From: Eledone cirrhosa
Taxonomy: Eukaryota
Direction of reading: 5' to 3'
Length of the DNA stretch: 64,000 bases
Assembly: GCA_964016885.1 (NCBI GenBank)
Contig: OZ024741.1
Coordinates: 96,224,001-96,288,000, forward strand
Every line of letters begins with the position of its first letter. Within the stretch, counting starts at the first letter, position 1. Below are positions 32,574 to 46,766 of this stretch, one piece after another. The translations under genes were made by a program, and so were the position numbers. The notes beneath the pieces were generated by a model. It had not been told where the DNA came from, ran no database searches, and saw only the letters and a list, made by a program, of their open reading frames with translations.

Positions 32574-35500
32574 TGTTTCTTTTATTTGCCACTAGGGCAT
32601 CAAAAGTGGGACAAGTACAAAGGGGGGAGTTTACACAAAAAGGCGTCCTCAATAAGGAGGAGGCAATAACAAAATATAAAAATAAAATAAGATATAACAA
32701 AAAATAAAATTTATAACAAAATCCTCAATAGAGAGGAGGCGCCTTGGGGAGTCGCACACACCCCCAAAAAAAGTGTGCAACCCTTCTCCTCAGGAGCACA
32801 GAGAAGGGGTGCTCCCTTGGTCTTTCATCTTCCTCACCTATAGTCTGATGTAGAGTGAAGGCCCATTCACACGGGCCATTCTCGTCACTTTCACCCATCT
32901 TTCATAGAAACGGCTGGGGTGCAGCATCTCTCTCTCCATCCTGATCCTTCTTCCGAAATGATATCGGAAGAAACGGACCAGTTGTTGGCCAGAGAGAAAG
33001 GTGCCTGACCTCAGTCCTTTCAGACGCGTCCACCATACAACCTCTTTCGCCATGGCTATTACGCACAGAAACACCGCCTCTGCTTCATCTTTGAAGGGGG
33101 GAGGCGGCTTGATCATTACAATAGACTCGGTGGTCAACCAGATCGGTCCCACCCTTGACAGTAGTTGTTCGACATAGCCCCACAGATCGGCTACGCCCGA
33201 GCAGTGTACCAATGCGTGTGCAACGGTTTCCTCGTCGCACACGCATCTGGGACAGATCTTTTTGGCGGGGTCCCTACCCGGGTGCCCGTGTCTGTAGAGC
33301 CTTTCTCGAACGGGTAAAGCCCCTCGGTAGCACTGCCAGGCCAGGGACTTCTGGAAGTTGTCCATAGGTCCCGGGCTGAATGTCCTACCGAACAGGCTGG
33401 CCAGTTCGTCCTCCTCCATGTCTAGGGATTCTCCGAGGGCGTCGTCGCACCTGCTGCGTACCAGCCCTCTATAGAATGTTGCGGTGGAGTCTCCACTGAT
33501 AACCGGATCCGCCTGCCAGAGGGCGGTGAGCGCCTGGGCACACTCAGTGTGCCAGGCGCCCAGTTTTCTCGGTCTTTGCTTGACCCAGGATTGCAGCTCG
33601 GTGAGTGAGACGAGTCTGGGAAAGGTTCGTCTCACAAACGAGGCCCACACCGGTTGTCCGGTGAGGAATACGTAGAGGTGCCGTAGCCTTAATGCGTGTT
33701 TACGCATCATTAGCCACGGCATCCCCAGCCCTCCTTTCGAAGGGTGTTGACAGCAGATGGATCTCCTCACCATAGGAGCCCGCCTCTTCCAAAGGAATTG
33801 GAAGAGCGCGCGCTCCATCTTGGTGAGGGTTTCCCTTGGGCAGGGCACTACGGTCAGGCGGTAGTAGATGACGGACGCTATGTAGGTGTTCGCCACCTCC
33901 CCCCGACCTTTCAGGGATAGTTTGCAACTGGCCCACTTCTGGGTCAGTGCAAACACCCTGTTCGTAACCGCCGCCCAGTTTTTCTCCACCTGGAGGTCCG
34001 GTCCGAACCAGATCCCGAGCAACTTCACCGGGCCCTCCGTCCAGCGTCCGACGACGCCATCGGAGGGCATCGGTCTGCCCCTCCACGTGCCGAGTTGCAA
34101 ACCGATCGACTTGTCCCGGTTCAGCTTAGCCCCTGTGAACTTTTCGTACTCCTCCAGTAAGGTGCCGACCGCCTCGATTTCGGAGGCCGTCGACACCATT
34201 ACTGTCACGTCATCGGCGTAGGCCGACACCGCTTTCCGCAATCCCGGTTCCAAAGGGATGCCCTGCAACAACTCCAACTTCCGCAGTAGTGGCTCGAGAG
34301 TCAACACATACAGAAGGGAGGAGAGAGGGCACCCTTGTCGGATGGACCGCGCGATTTTGAACGGCTCCGAGAGGTAGCCGTTCACCTTGACCCTAGAGCA
34401 GATGCGGCTGCTGTGCATAGCAGTGATCCAGCCCCTGAAAACGGGCCCGAAGCCTGCCGCCGCTAGCACCGCATCCAGGTAACCATGGTCGACCCTATCG
34501 AACGCCTTAGATTGATCCAAGTTGATCAGAGCCCCACCAAAGCCGGGTTCGTTCCCAACCCTCTCTATGATGTATCGCATGAGGTGGAGGTTGTCATGAA
34601 TGGATCTGGACGGGATAGCGCATGTCTGCGCATCTCCCACCAGGTTGCCCACGACAAGCGCCAACCTCTTTGCTAGCACCTTGGCCAAAATCTGTAACTC
34701 TGTATTTAGCAGAGTTATGGGCCTGAAGTTACTTATTTCGTCCCCCTTGTTCTCGTCCTTCCTCACTAGCGTGACTACGCCCTTGGTCACAGTACAGGGA
34801 ATTCTCCCGTTCTGATGCCAGTTGCAGTAGACCGCCTCGAGGAGATCGGGGAACAAGTCCGGCATAGCTAGATATAATTCGTAAGGAAGACCATCGAGAC
34901 CCGGGGATTTGCGTTTGCCGCATTGGCTCAGCACGTCCTCTATCTCAGCGGCCGAAATCGGCTCCTCGCAGGACTTCGCCTCCCTGTCCGAGAGGCGCGG
35001 CAGGCCGTCGAGGTATGGACCGAAGTCCACGTTCCCAACCGGCTCCCCGCCCCTCCCGAACAGTCGGGCAAAGTGCCTTTGAAAGGCCTCACACATCTGC
35101 TTAGGCTCAAGAATCCCCCGTCCATCCAGGTCTCGCAAAGACCGGATGGTGGATTTAGTTCCACTCTTGGCCTCTGTCACGCGGGCCCAGCTAACAGCTT
35201 TGGTCCCCTCGTTCCCTAGAGCACGTATTTTACTTCGGACAACGCAGCCTTCGTGCTTCGCGTCGAAAAACTGGCTCAAAGCCGTTCTCGACGCTAGCAC
35301 TCTGGCCACGTCGCCGCTTCTAATTGCCTCTTCTACTCTATCTATTAGCTCCCTTTCCTTCCTATTCCTATCCGCAGCTAGAACCTTACTAAATTCTATC
35401 GAGACTACTCTAATCTCTCTCTTTAGAGATACCCACCACCTGCTGTTGACGATCGCTCCAGTCAACCGTTCCTTAACTAACGTACTAATCCGATTCCTGT

Positions 35501-36404
35501 AGGCTCTACTTGCCGGCAAGGACAAGTTGAGCTTCCAGTAACCGGGGCCCTGTCTATGAGTTCTGTCAAGGTTGACCATGCAGGTCACTAATTTGTGGTC
35601 TGAATAGCCAACCATGCGCATTTTTGGACAACTTAAAAAGTCCTTATCCTTAATTCTAACTAAGAACCTATCTAGGTACGACCTAGATGATCCGCTACGA
35701 TTTGCCCAAGTCCAGGTTGGCGCAGTCGGAAAATCTAGTCGATATCTATCGGCCAGGTCAAATCGACCGATTAACCCTTTGAGGCTATTACACCCCTCTC
35801 TATCGGGGCAGGCCCCTACGTAGTCCCAGCGTGCATCTAGGATACCATTCCAGTCCCCCACTAATAGCAAGGAGCGGGACGTCCCTAGAAAAGTCTCCAG
35901 ACGATGGAAGAAGTCCGGCCGCATTGACCCGAAAGGGCCGTAGGCGGCTACCAACCTAAACGCTCCGCCTTTACCACTGCCAAGGTCCAGAACCACTAGT
36001 CGACCCTCCGGGTCCAAATGTACCATCTGTGTTGCGAGACCCAGATGTTTTTGCAGCAGAACGACAACTCCACCCCCACCTCCGGGCTGACAGAGAGATG
36101 CGTGCATCTCAAAGTCATCAAAGGCGGGGGCCAGCTGTCGCACGTTGCTGATCCGGGCCTCGCAAATAACCATCACATCTATACGTTGTGACCTGAGGTC
36201 ATTTAGAAGCATTGCTTGCTTCCAAGTTGAGCCCAGGCCACGCGCATTTAAACAGCCTACTCTTAGCATAGCCATGTTGGTGGTGAAGAGAAACGGCACT
36301 TACCTCTCTGCGTCCCGGGTATCGGGCTGCACAATTTCCATTAGGGTGGGGGATGGGTTGTTGGGTGGGGTGGTGGTTTGTGGAAGTGTGGGGGCATCAG
36401 TGTG
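32574..36404 (-). mobile_element. L1-clade (Tx1-like) LINE copy B, 5'-truncated just upstream of ORF2
   Basis: Colinear with 2735-6508. TATCTATC is present at both junctions (element orientation), a candidate TSD. Confidence 0.93.
32838..36299 (-). CDS. Intact LINE ORF2: APE endonuclease, reverse transcriptase, C-terminal CCHC (1153 aa; first ATG at 36275)
   Basis: Uninterrupted ORF with LNARGL, GDWN, YLDRF, SDHK, DQSKAFDRVDH, RQGCPLS, YADD and CPRC..HALVHC. Confidence 0.95.
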   Translation of the reverse strand: MPFLFTTNMAMLRVGCLNARGLGSTWKQAMLLNDLRSQRIDVMVICEARISNVRQLAPAFDDFEMHASLCQPGGGGGVVVLLQKHLGLATQMVHLDPEGRLVVLDLGSGKGGAFRLVAAYGPFGSMRPDFFHRLETFLGTSRSLLLVGDWNGILDARWDYVGACPDREGCNSLKGLIGRFDLADRYRLDFPTAPTWTWANRSGSSRSYLDRFLVRIKDKDFLSCPKMRMVGYSDHKLVTCMVNLDRTHRQGPGYWKLNLSLPASRAYRNRISTLVKERLTGAIVNSRWWVSLKREIRVVSIEFSKVLAADRNRKERELIDRVEEAIRSGDVARVLASRTALSQFFDAKHEGCVVRSKIRALGNEGTKAVSWARVTEAKSGTKSTIRSLRDLDGRGILEPKQMCEAFQRHFARLFGRGGEPVGNVDFGPYLDGLPRLSDREAKSCEEPISAAEIEDVLSQCGKRKSPGLDGLPYELYLAMPDLFPDLLEAVYCNWHQNGRIPCTVTKGVVTLVRKDENKGDEISNFRPITLLNTELQILAKVLAKRLALVVGNLVGDAQTCAIPSRSIHDNLHLMRYIIERVGNEPGFGGALINLDQSKAFDRVDHGYLDAVLAAAGFGPVFRGWITAMHSSRICSRVKVNGYLSEPFKIARSIRQGCPLSSLLYVLTLEPLLRKLELLQGIPLEPGLRKAVSAYADDVTVMVSTASEIEAVGTLLEEYEKFTGAKLNRDKSIGLQLGTWRGRPMPSDGVVGRWTEGPVKLLGIWFGPDLQVEKNWAAVTNRVFALTQKWASCKLSLKGRGEVANTYIASVIYYRLTVVPCPRETLTKMERALFQFLWKRRAPMVRRSICCQHPSKGGLGMPWLMMRKHALRLRHLYVFLTGQPVWASFVRRTFPRLVSLTELQSWVKQRPRKLGAWHTECAQALTALWQADPVISGDSTATFYRGLVRSRCDDALGESLDMEEDELASLFGRTFSPGPMDNFQKSLAWQCYRGALPVRERLYRHGHPGRDPAKKICPRCVCDEETVAHALVHCSGVADLWGYVEQLLSRVGPIWLTTESIVMIKPPPPFKDEAEAVFLCVIAMAKEVVWWTRLKGLRSGTFLSGQQLVRFFRYHFGRRIRMEREMLHPSRFYERWVKVTRMARVNGPSLYIRL

Positions 36405-37223
36405 ATAGATACATAATTAGTTAGCTATATATTGTCCTTATATTTCCTTATTTTTTCTATTAGTAGACAATACTATGGAACAACCTTGAGGAAATTTAGT
36501 CGATCACATCAAACACGGTAGGTATATTTTCAAGCCTCGTATTCAATTCATAGATATCTGTGAAACCGCTAATTTACGGGATATAAACAAACTAGTAAAC
36601 TAAAACACTGTCACGGACACACACAAAAATAGAAAGATAGACATACACACAAACATACATATTTTTTCAGAGAGGGAGACAGACGTAACAGATAATTTGA
36701 TGTTTCTACACATGGCTAGAAGGATATATTGATATCCAGACTGATAAACATGTGGGGAACAACATTGATAAATATAGAGATAAGTCTGACGAAGAGCTAT
36801 GTAAATATATAGATATATAAAAGTAGAAGAAGATATACACAGACAATAGTTGCGAGATCATATGATATATGTGTAGATTAAAAGGTATATAGATGTATAG
36901 ATAAGATAGGTTTTCTAATAGAACAATCATTGAAATTAGGTCTTATCTAAGCCGTTCATAGACTTTATTTTTGTTTGGAATGCCTAATGTCACTCGGTGC
37001 AAATATGCCTCTCCCACCTAAAGGGATCACAATGGAATGTCTGACATAACATGCAATATGTTGTCTGCTAAACGTAAACCTATGAAGATATAGACACACA
37101 CACGTACACACATAATCATAGGCAAGTACATGTTGCAGTATGTATGTATGTATGTATGTATGTATGTATGTATGTATGTATGTATGTATGTATGTATGTA
37201 TATATATGTATTTCTTTCTCTCG

Positions 37224-37338
<115 letters not shown>

Positions 37339-38047
37339 TGTATATATATGTATTCATTCACATGCACTGCACACATACCCAGATGTATATATATAGAAAG
37401 ATAAACATTTGTATCCAAATATGTTTTTCTGTGATCGTGATTATATACTTTCATGTATATATATTTATACACATACTCAACATATGTATATATATACATA
37501 CATGCATATATATGTATGTAAGTATGTATACACAATACATCAGTGTATTTCGTGAGTTCCACACGAGATCAATATTATCTGTCAAGAATCTGGTTTCTTT
37601 GTGTGCCGTCTTCTCTTTTATTTCCAATTTCGACAAGACCTTTTCTCTTTTTTTCTCTTTTAAACATAGTCACCTCTCCGTTCCTCAACTGCTCCTTCAC
37701 CTTCACACATGTTTACACTCAACAACATCACTCTCTTTGTGAGCAGATTGTCATTCTAGACTATCACTATTTGTCTGTCTGTCTATCTGTTTTTCCTTCA
37801 CTTTTTTTCAAAGTTTACTTTTTCATAGTTATATGACTTCATATAGTTTTCCAACGTTTTATGTCTACTTTATAGTGTATAAATTAAAAGAAAACTTACC
37901 CTTCATACGCAAATGCGTTTAAACACACAGCAGGCGTAATTGTAGCTTACCAATGTTGCTCGACCTTTGCACAATGTTTCATAAAATTTAGTAAAGGTAT
38001 AATTTATAGTATAGCATCTAAATAGATTTTATTATAACTACAAATAG

Positions 38048-38480
38048 GGCGGTGGATTAGCAGTATCGGTAGACGGTCGGACGCCATGCTTTGTAGCATG
38101 GAGTTGCACCCCTTTACGGCCTGAGCTCAAATCCCGCCGAGGTTTACTTTGCCTTTAATCCTTACGGGGTTGATAAAATAAAGAACCAGTAATGTACTGG
38201 GATAATTGCTGGCCTTGTGCCAAAAGTAGAAACAATTATAACTACAATTAAAAGGGCGGTGGATTGGCACTATCGGCAGAAAGTCGGACACCATGCTTTG
38301 CAGCAAAGAGTTACGGCCCTTTACGGTCTGAGTTCAAATCCGGCGGAGGTTAACTTTGCATTTCATCCTTACGGGGTCGCTAAAATAAATCACCAATAAT
38401 GTACTGGGGTTGATTTAATCGACTTTCCCCTTCTCTCAAATTACGGGCTTTGTGCCTATACTAGAAATCATTATAACTAC
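38048..38480 (+). mobile_element. Head-to-tail dimer of tRNA-derived SINEs
   Basis: Two copies (38048-38240 and 38254-38475) of the 15856 family. ATTATAACTACAA precedes, separates and follows them. Confidence 0.9.
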
Positions 38481-39195
38481 AATTAAAGATCACTAGACAA
38501 GTGACCAATGTACGAAAACGAACTCGATTATTTCCCTTCGGCAGTTTAATTTTCTTAATAATGCTGCCACCGCCGATTTTAGGCTTTGTCAACTCATCCG
38601 ACTTATTTATATGTTAACCTGCTTGTTACATTTAAGTGAAACAGGAAACAATTTCAGCAAAAAAATTAATTTAAATATTTTGAATATGTTGGCTATCTTT
38701 CATTGCTTATGGGGCATAACTACAAAAAAGTAACGTCGTTTCAGGAATTAAGAATTGCATAAACATTAATTCCATCAATATATAAGATAATGTACTCTCT
38801 AAAAATGCCATTAAAATTCGCAGAGGCGGTGGCGCACTAAAATAATCATATCACCTATAGTTTGCATTTATGTAGAAAGAATACACAGAGCTATCGCTTT
38901 TTTATTAGTAAAATCATTTGAAAACCTTTCCTATAGTAGAACGCATTTGCATGTATCGGGCATTTCAATAGTACATTAAACATAATTATTTGCTTCATTT
39001 AAATTCCAAGCGACTTGATTTAATATCAAAATTGCTTAATATCTTTAATACAGTTTATGAATGTACTCTAACATAGAATTGGTTGACTAATGATTTTAAA
39101 AGTCATTGTCGTTCTACCTGAGCTCATTTCACAAGGATTTCTAAACAAGCAGCGGATTTCTATGTAGCATAGAAAATGTAATTAATGATATAAAA

Positions 39196-39310
39196 ATAAT
39201 TGTTTCTACTTTTGGCACAAGGCCAGCAATTACCCCCACTTTATTACTTGTACTTTATTTTATCGACCCCGTAAGGATGAAAGGGAAAGTTAACCTCGGC
39301 GGGATTTGAA
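39196..39310 (-). mobile_element. 5'-truncated SINE (same family)
   Basis: AATTGTTTCTACTTTTGGCACAAGG...CCTCGGCGGGATTTGAA. Confidence 0.85.
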
Positions 39311-40479
39311 AAAATAATGTGAATAAATTGCTCATTCATACATGATCATCTGATCGTTTTAGGCATATGTATAGATAATCTCCACCAGGCCAATTTCAAC
39401 GAGACACTACACGTTTTATGGAAAGCATCCAATTTTAGAAATTATAACAAAAAACAAAGAAATATCGTAATTTTTTATTATTAAGTTGTGCCAAAGAACT
39501 CTTTATAACGCGGAAAATCCAAGGTTTCTTTTGAGGAACCTAAGAGTTTCTAGGAAACATTAATATAATTTTATTCTTATATAAGAAAACAGGATGAAGT
39601 TAGATAGCTACTTTTTCTAGCAGTTAGGGCAAAATATATTTCCAGTATATACATTGCTTTAGTAATTTCATCGCGTTCTGTGAAATCTTAGAATAACATT
39701 GGTAGGTAATAGTTTGTCAGAGAAAATATTTTGCAAAGAACTAAGTTGGTGTGTGAGTACTCAGAACGACTATGATCACTAGTTGATATAGTTGTTGTTT
39801 GACATTGAACCAACTAAAGATTTATTGGCTCCATGGTTGGAAAACCAAGCAGGCATACATACATATGCGCATGCAAGCACACGCGCAAACCACACACACA
39901 CACACACATATCTATATAGAATCTGAAGCTCACAGACCTAATCATATAGGTACACACATGCACGCGTGCACACAAAATTCCACACAGCTAAAAACATGCA
40001 CAAGATAGCCACGCACACACACAGATAAACAAATAATGTACACCTAACACACAGAAGTACAGACAATCACACGCAAATAAGCACATAATACACACATAAA
40101 TCCACAGGTAGACACACTATATACATATCCTAATCAACGGTAGTCTCTTCGCGGTGACAGACCTATGACATGCATTATATTGCTTAACTTGCGGCTCAGT
40201 TTGTTCATAAAGCTTGTTCCTTTTACACGGGTAAATTATATGATCCCGAGTGAGAATAATTAAATTTTGCTCATAGATCAATAATGTTGAAGCAAGGCTA
40301 TATTTCCATGAAGAATCTTGATTTGAAGCCACTCGAGATTATATAATTCTTAATAATTGTAGCAGTAATTCGTCAGCATGAGTCAGACGCATTTCAGTCC
40401 ATGTAAATATAATCAAATCAAGAATAAACGTAAGGTTTTCAGATACTTTTTGTTCGCTCTACACATATATATATATATA

Positions 40480-40718
40480 TCACTGGCAGTTTCAATCCAG
40501 GAAAATCCAGCCATAATATTATAGTAGAAAACAGTTGTTGAAGATGAAATGCAGTGGTATCGAAACCATGATTTATAAAACGAAATAGCTGCCGAAACAG
40601 CTTGAGCTCTGCTGTCGGGTTCCTGACTCTTTTTCTATTACCCACTCTACTACCCTAAGTATCGAGTACTCTGGTGCGTTATGGTCCACCTGGTTCCTTA
40701 CCACACTTCCTTCGTTAT
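40480..40718 (+). mobile_element. Pseudo-LTR fragment of the PLE-D family
   Basis: Matches 18110-18158, 21109-21235 (reverse complement) and 41655-41742; bounded by (TA)n. Confidence 0.75.
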
Positions 40719-41010
40719 ATATATATATATAACCAAAGCTTAATATAGTTAATTGATTACTCAATGAATATAGTTTTACAATAGATTAAAAGCACTCTAC
40801 AATGAAGTTTTCTGGAGTTATTAATATATATATATTATTCAAAATATTAATAAATGAAGACGTTCACATAATCAAAATATATGTTTTATTATATATATTT
40901 CGGAGGTACTGTGCTGTATTTTCAGTACGTCCACATCATTTTTCAATATATATATTGTTCATTTGCTTTAGTAATACTTTTTTTAAATTGTAAAGAGACT
41001 TTATGGATAT

Positions 41011-42022
<1,012 letters not shown>

Positions 42023-42023
42023 G

Positions 42024-42109
<86 letters not shown>

Positions 42110-42113
42110 TATA

Positions 42114-42488
42114 TACAATATTAAATAAATGGAAACTATATTTATAAAACCATATTTATTTCATTATATATATTTCGGGGATATCATATTAACAATATGC
42201 TATGCCTTCCTCAGACAAAATACAATATAAACAGTTTTATAGATAAATAGATTCGACATACCGTTATAACACCGACTTCCATTTGAAGAGGTTTACGCTG
42301 GCAGCGTAAACCTCTTCAAATGGAAGTCGGTGTTATAACGGTATGTCGAATCTATTTATCTATAAAACTGTTTATATTGTATTTTGTCTGAGGAAGGCAT
42401 AGCATATTGTTAATATGATATCCCCGAAATATATATAATGAAATAAATATGGTTTTATAAATATAGTTTCCATTTATTTAATATTGTA
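42114..42488. repeat. Perfect 375-bp palindrome (187-bp arms, 1-nt spacer at 42301)
   Basis: ...GTTTACGCTG G CAGCGTAAAC... is mirrored out to TACAATA/TATTGTA. Confidence 0.93.
42380..42445 (+). ncRNA. Hammerhead ribozyme (mirror copy on the minus strand at 42157-42222)
   Basis: TATTTTGT CTGAGGA AGGCATAGCATATT GTT AATATGATATCCCC GAAA TATATAT A ATGAAATA. Confidence 0.65.
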
Positions 42489-42578
42489 AATATACTCCAA
42501 ATATTTGTCGAGTGCTTTTATATCAGTTATAAATATTTACTAGTTGTAACCCAACAATTTTAAATATAACTTTCCATG

Positions 42579-42870
<292 letters not shown>

Positions 42871-42971
42871 CTTCTACCTGGAGTTGCGACCGATAGATAG
42901 TATTAGCAATTGGAAAGACCAACGGAAACATTGTTCCCTCGGTCCGATTTGACGAAAGTCGATCGTCTTCC

Positions 42972-43019
<48 letters not shown>

Positions 43020-43072
43020 TATATATATGTATATATATGTATATATGCATATATATGTATGTATATATATAT

Positions 43073-43480
43073 AAGGCCTGCCCTATGAGCTTTACGAACA
43101 CATACCAGGCTTGTTCGGAGACCTCTTGAATTCCCAGCTCTGTGACCCGAGAAGCGGTGGCGCTGCTTAGAAAGGACCAGAACATGGGGACAACATAGAT
43201 AATTTAGGGCCCATAACTCTGCTAAATAAAGAAATGAAGATTTTAGCCAAGGTGTGAGCAAAGAAGTTGGCGCTTGTCATCGGTAGTCTGGTGGGAGAGG
43301 CACAAAAATGCGCCTTAGAGTCTCCTCAACTTTGGAGAAGTTGTTTTGTTTGTTTTAAATGTTTATTTTTTTAGTCTCTTTTATGAATTTTATTTTACAC
43401 AAAGAAAAACCCACACTGTATCGACCTGTATCGTCTTTAATGTTTCCTTAATGTGAGCCCTTTGTGGCTAATAAAGAAAT
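43073..43480 (+). mobile_element. Internally deleted Tx1-like LINE fragment (related subfamily)
   Basis: Reads GLPYELY..PGLFGDLL and DNLGPITLLNKEMKILAKV..LALVIGSLVGEAQKCA, then jumps to a 3' UTR ending GTGGCTAATAAAGAAAT(CAT)(TAT)n. Confidence 0.8.
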
Positions 43481-44889
43481 CATTATTATTATTTTCATAA
43501 TTTTTCACTTGTTCACTTATCTGTCATTGAGATGTCATGCAAAAAAAAAAAAATCTTTTATATATTTTAACACTAAGATTACCACATGGAATTTTACCTT
43601 CTATTTCGTATTTATTCTGAATGACGAACTTCTAAATCGCACCCTGCATTAAAAAAAAAGAAAGAATATATATATAATAACAATAATTTATGTTGTGATG
43701 AAGTCAAATCTCCAATGGATGATATTGTGACAGCAACAATTGGCTAATTTGAACAGTTGAAAATAAACTAACGTTAGAGCGGTCACTCCTGTCAAACTGT
43801 AGCAAATGAATAGACGTTTCGGCGTAACATCAAAAGTAAACCGCACTATAGCTCCTGCTTTTTATTATTGATTCTTTTTCTTTGTTTTTATCTGTGTTTG
43901 TATTATTTTTGTTACTTTTTCATTCTTTGCGTGCTTGATTTATTTTTTGTTTTTATTGAGTCCTTATATATTTCCTTTATTTTTCTTCATTCTTCCAACC
44001 ATTCCTTATTTCTTTCTTACATTCATTTTCCTTTCTTTCTTTCTCTTTGCATTCATTCCTTCCTTCCTTATTTCTTCATTTCTTTCGTTCCTATTATTCC
44101 CATCTTCACTTTGTTCACAACACCATTATTTGATGGAGAAATGTCAGAGTTCTGTGATTAATGTTCCAGGTATTTAGGATGCCAAGGAATCATACTGTTA
44201 AAGAGTGGTTAGTAGGCTCTGTCGGTAGAAAATCGGATTTGAGTCAAATAATCAATGGTTCTTATCATGTTGTCAGACGCCCCTATAAAATATTCGTAAC
44301 CAGGACCCACCACCAAATTGTACCCATAAACCAATGGAAAGCATGTATTGCGTTAATATAGGGGATTTCCTTAATTAGTAGCGCACAGTTTGTTTACTAA
44401 TATGTGTCTGATGTGGATTACACCGTGTAACAACATTTTTTTTTCTTTGTTCCTGGCTTGTAATCACTTTTTTTTGTGTGGCTTAGGTCCCAAATTAATA
44501 AAAAAAGTGCTATTAAAGAGTTAAAAGTTTGGGTTTGTAAAAATTCTAAAAATTCACTAGAATTATTTGTATGCTGGATTTTACGTTGTATGTAAGTTTA
44601 ATTTGCTTATGTTAAATGATTTTTTGAAAATATGTTTCAGGTTAAATTAAAATTATAAAATAAAGAGTAATACCTAAAGAAAATTATAAAAGTGCAATAA
44701 AGTATAAAATTGTTAAAAAGTGGATTAAAGAGATTTATTGATACTGGATTTTAGCACCCTGAATAAAGGGTAAGTTGTGTTTTTAGCACGAATTTTCATT
44801 AGTATGATTAGTGTTCTTTTAAATTATTTAAATATGTATTTCCCTTTCCAATATTTATTTTGTATTGCATATCAAATTTATTTTCCAAG

Positions 44890-46128
44890 ACAAGTATTCT
44901 GATGAAGAGGAGGAGATGGATGCTGAGGACTTGGATTACCTACCTGAGGTACCAGAAAAAGTTCCTCACTTCCCAAACCCAAAAGAAGTCAATGACTTGG
45001 TCAGGGATATGGGTCTGACCAAGTCCAATGCAGAGCTATTCGTTTCCAGGATGAAGCAGTGGAACTTGGTCAAGGAGGAAGTGCAGGTGACAAGTCAGAG
45101 AAGTCGACACGAACCTTTCTCAGGCTTTTACACTCTTAGGGATGTCCTCTGCTTCTGCCATGACGTGCCTGGACTGTTTGAAGTTATTGGGTGCCGCTTG
45201 TGCCCAAGGAGTGGCGGCTACTTATAGACAGCTCCATCACAAGTTTGAAGGCTGTCCTCCTCCACAATGGAAACAAGTTCCCGACACTGCCCCTAGCTCA
45301 TTAAGTCTGCCTGAAGGAATGGTACTACAGTGTGAAAGTCCTCTTGGAAGCTCTGCAATACAACCAGCACAATTGGGAAATCATTGGAGACTTCAAGATG
45401 GTGGCTTTCCTGCTTGGACTCCAAGGAGGCTTTATCAAATTCCAATGCTTCCTCTGCCTTTGGGACAGCAGAGCCACCTCTAACCACTACAAAAGAAAGA
45501 ACTGGGAGCAGCGAACAGAATTTGTAGTTGGGACCCGGAACGTCATGTGGGAGCCACTGGTTGATCCCAGGATTGTGCTCATGCTGCCACTGCACATTAA
45601 GTTGGGGTTGATGAAGCAGTTTGTGAAGGCTCTCAACCAAGAATCAGCCGCTTTTAAGTACCTTCTTGAGTTCTTCCCCAAGTTATCTGAGGCCAAAATC
45701 AAAGGTAGAATTTTTGTTGGACCTCAGATAAAGAAGATGTCTGAGTCTACCAAGTTCTCCAATAAGCTCAATAGGATTAAGAGAACAGCATGAAACTGTA
45801 TCAAGGCAGTTGTTAAAGGCTTCCTGGGCAACTACAGAACTGAAAACTACCAGCAACTGATGCAGGATCTGATAAAGGCTTTGGCGCCATGGGATGCAGG
45901 ATGTCGCTCAAACTCCATATGCTGAACGCTCACCTGGAAAAATTCAAGGACAATATGGGCGCCTACCCAGAAGAACAAGGCGAACGATTCCACCAAGATG
46001 TGAAAGAGATAGAGCTGAGGTACCAGGGCCACTACAATGAAAAAATGATGGGCGACTTTATCTGGGGGCTAGTGCGGGAATGCGACCTGGACTACAACCG
46101 CAAATCCAGGAAATCCAGTCATTTCTGA
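44890..46128 (+). pseudogene. Chapaev3-type transposase, frameshifted
   Basis: NDLVRDMGLTKSNAEL, GDFKMVAFLLGLQGG..CFLCLWDSRA, LPLHIKLGLMKQFVKAL, KIKG.IFVGPQI, MSLKLH, EEQGERFHQD...E.RYQG. Family assigned from recall of these motifs plus the CAC..GTG termini and TWA TSD. Confidence 0.8.
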
Positions 46129-46339
46129 CGTGTATAAGTTGCTTTATAAGTGTTATTTGTTTTTACTTGTTTGCTTTTGATAAGCTTGTGTAATAAAATA
46201 AATATATACTCTGTTGATTTAATTATATGAACTGATAAATTTTTTTAAAATGTGTTTTTTCTTGAAAAATATGAAAATTTCGAAATATCAAACTCCTGAC
46301 CACAAACCCAAACTTCTGATTAAATAATAGTGTTTTTTT

Positions 46340-46533
46340 AATAATAATTGTTTCTACTTTTTGGCACAAGGCCAGTAATTACCCAGTGCATTACTGGTAC
46401 TTTATTTTATCGACCCCGTAAGGATGAAAGGCAAAGTTAACCTCGGCGGGATTCGAACTCAGAATGGCAAGGGCTGTAATTCTGTGCGTCAAAGCATAGC
46501 GTCCAACCCTCTACCGATACTGCCAATCCACCG
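46340..46533 (-). mobile_element. tRNA-derived SINE nested in the DNA transposon
   Basis: Full-length reverse complement of the 15856 family. Confidence 0.9.
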
Positions 46534-46733
46534 TTTTTTTTTATAACAATGGGATATAACAAACCATGAAATGGCACTTAGAACCGGGGGAACAAAAAAT
46601 ATGTTACACGGTGTTATTAGAACCTATCCCACATATTACTAAAATACATACACACACACAAGGACACACACTCACTCACAAACAGAAACATAACACGCAC
46701 AAACACACATACATACATACATACATACATACA

Positions 46734-46766
<33 letters not shown>

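Larger units (their letters stand above)
44421..46613 (+). mobile_element. Chapaev3-like (CMC group) DNA transposon
   Basis: TIRs CACCGTGTAACA.. (44421) and ..TGTTACACGGTG (46613), 3-bp TSD TTA on both sides, and a transposase remnant inside. Confidence 0.82.
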
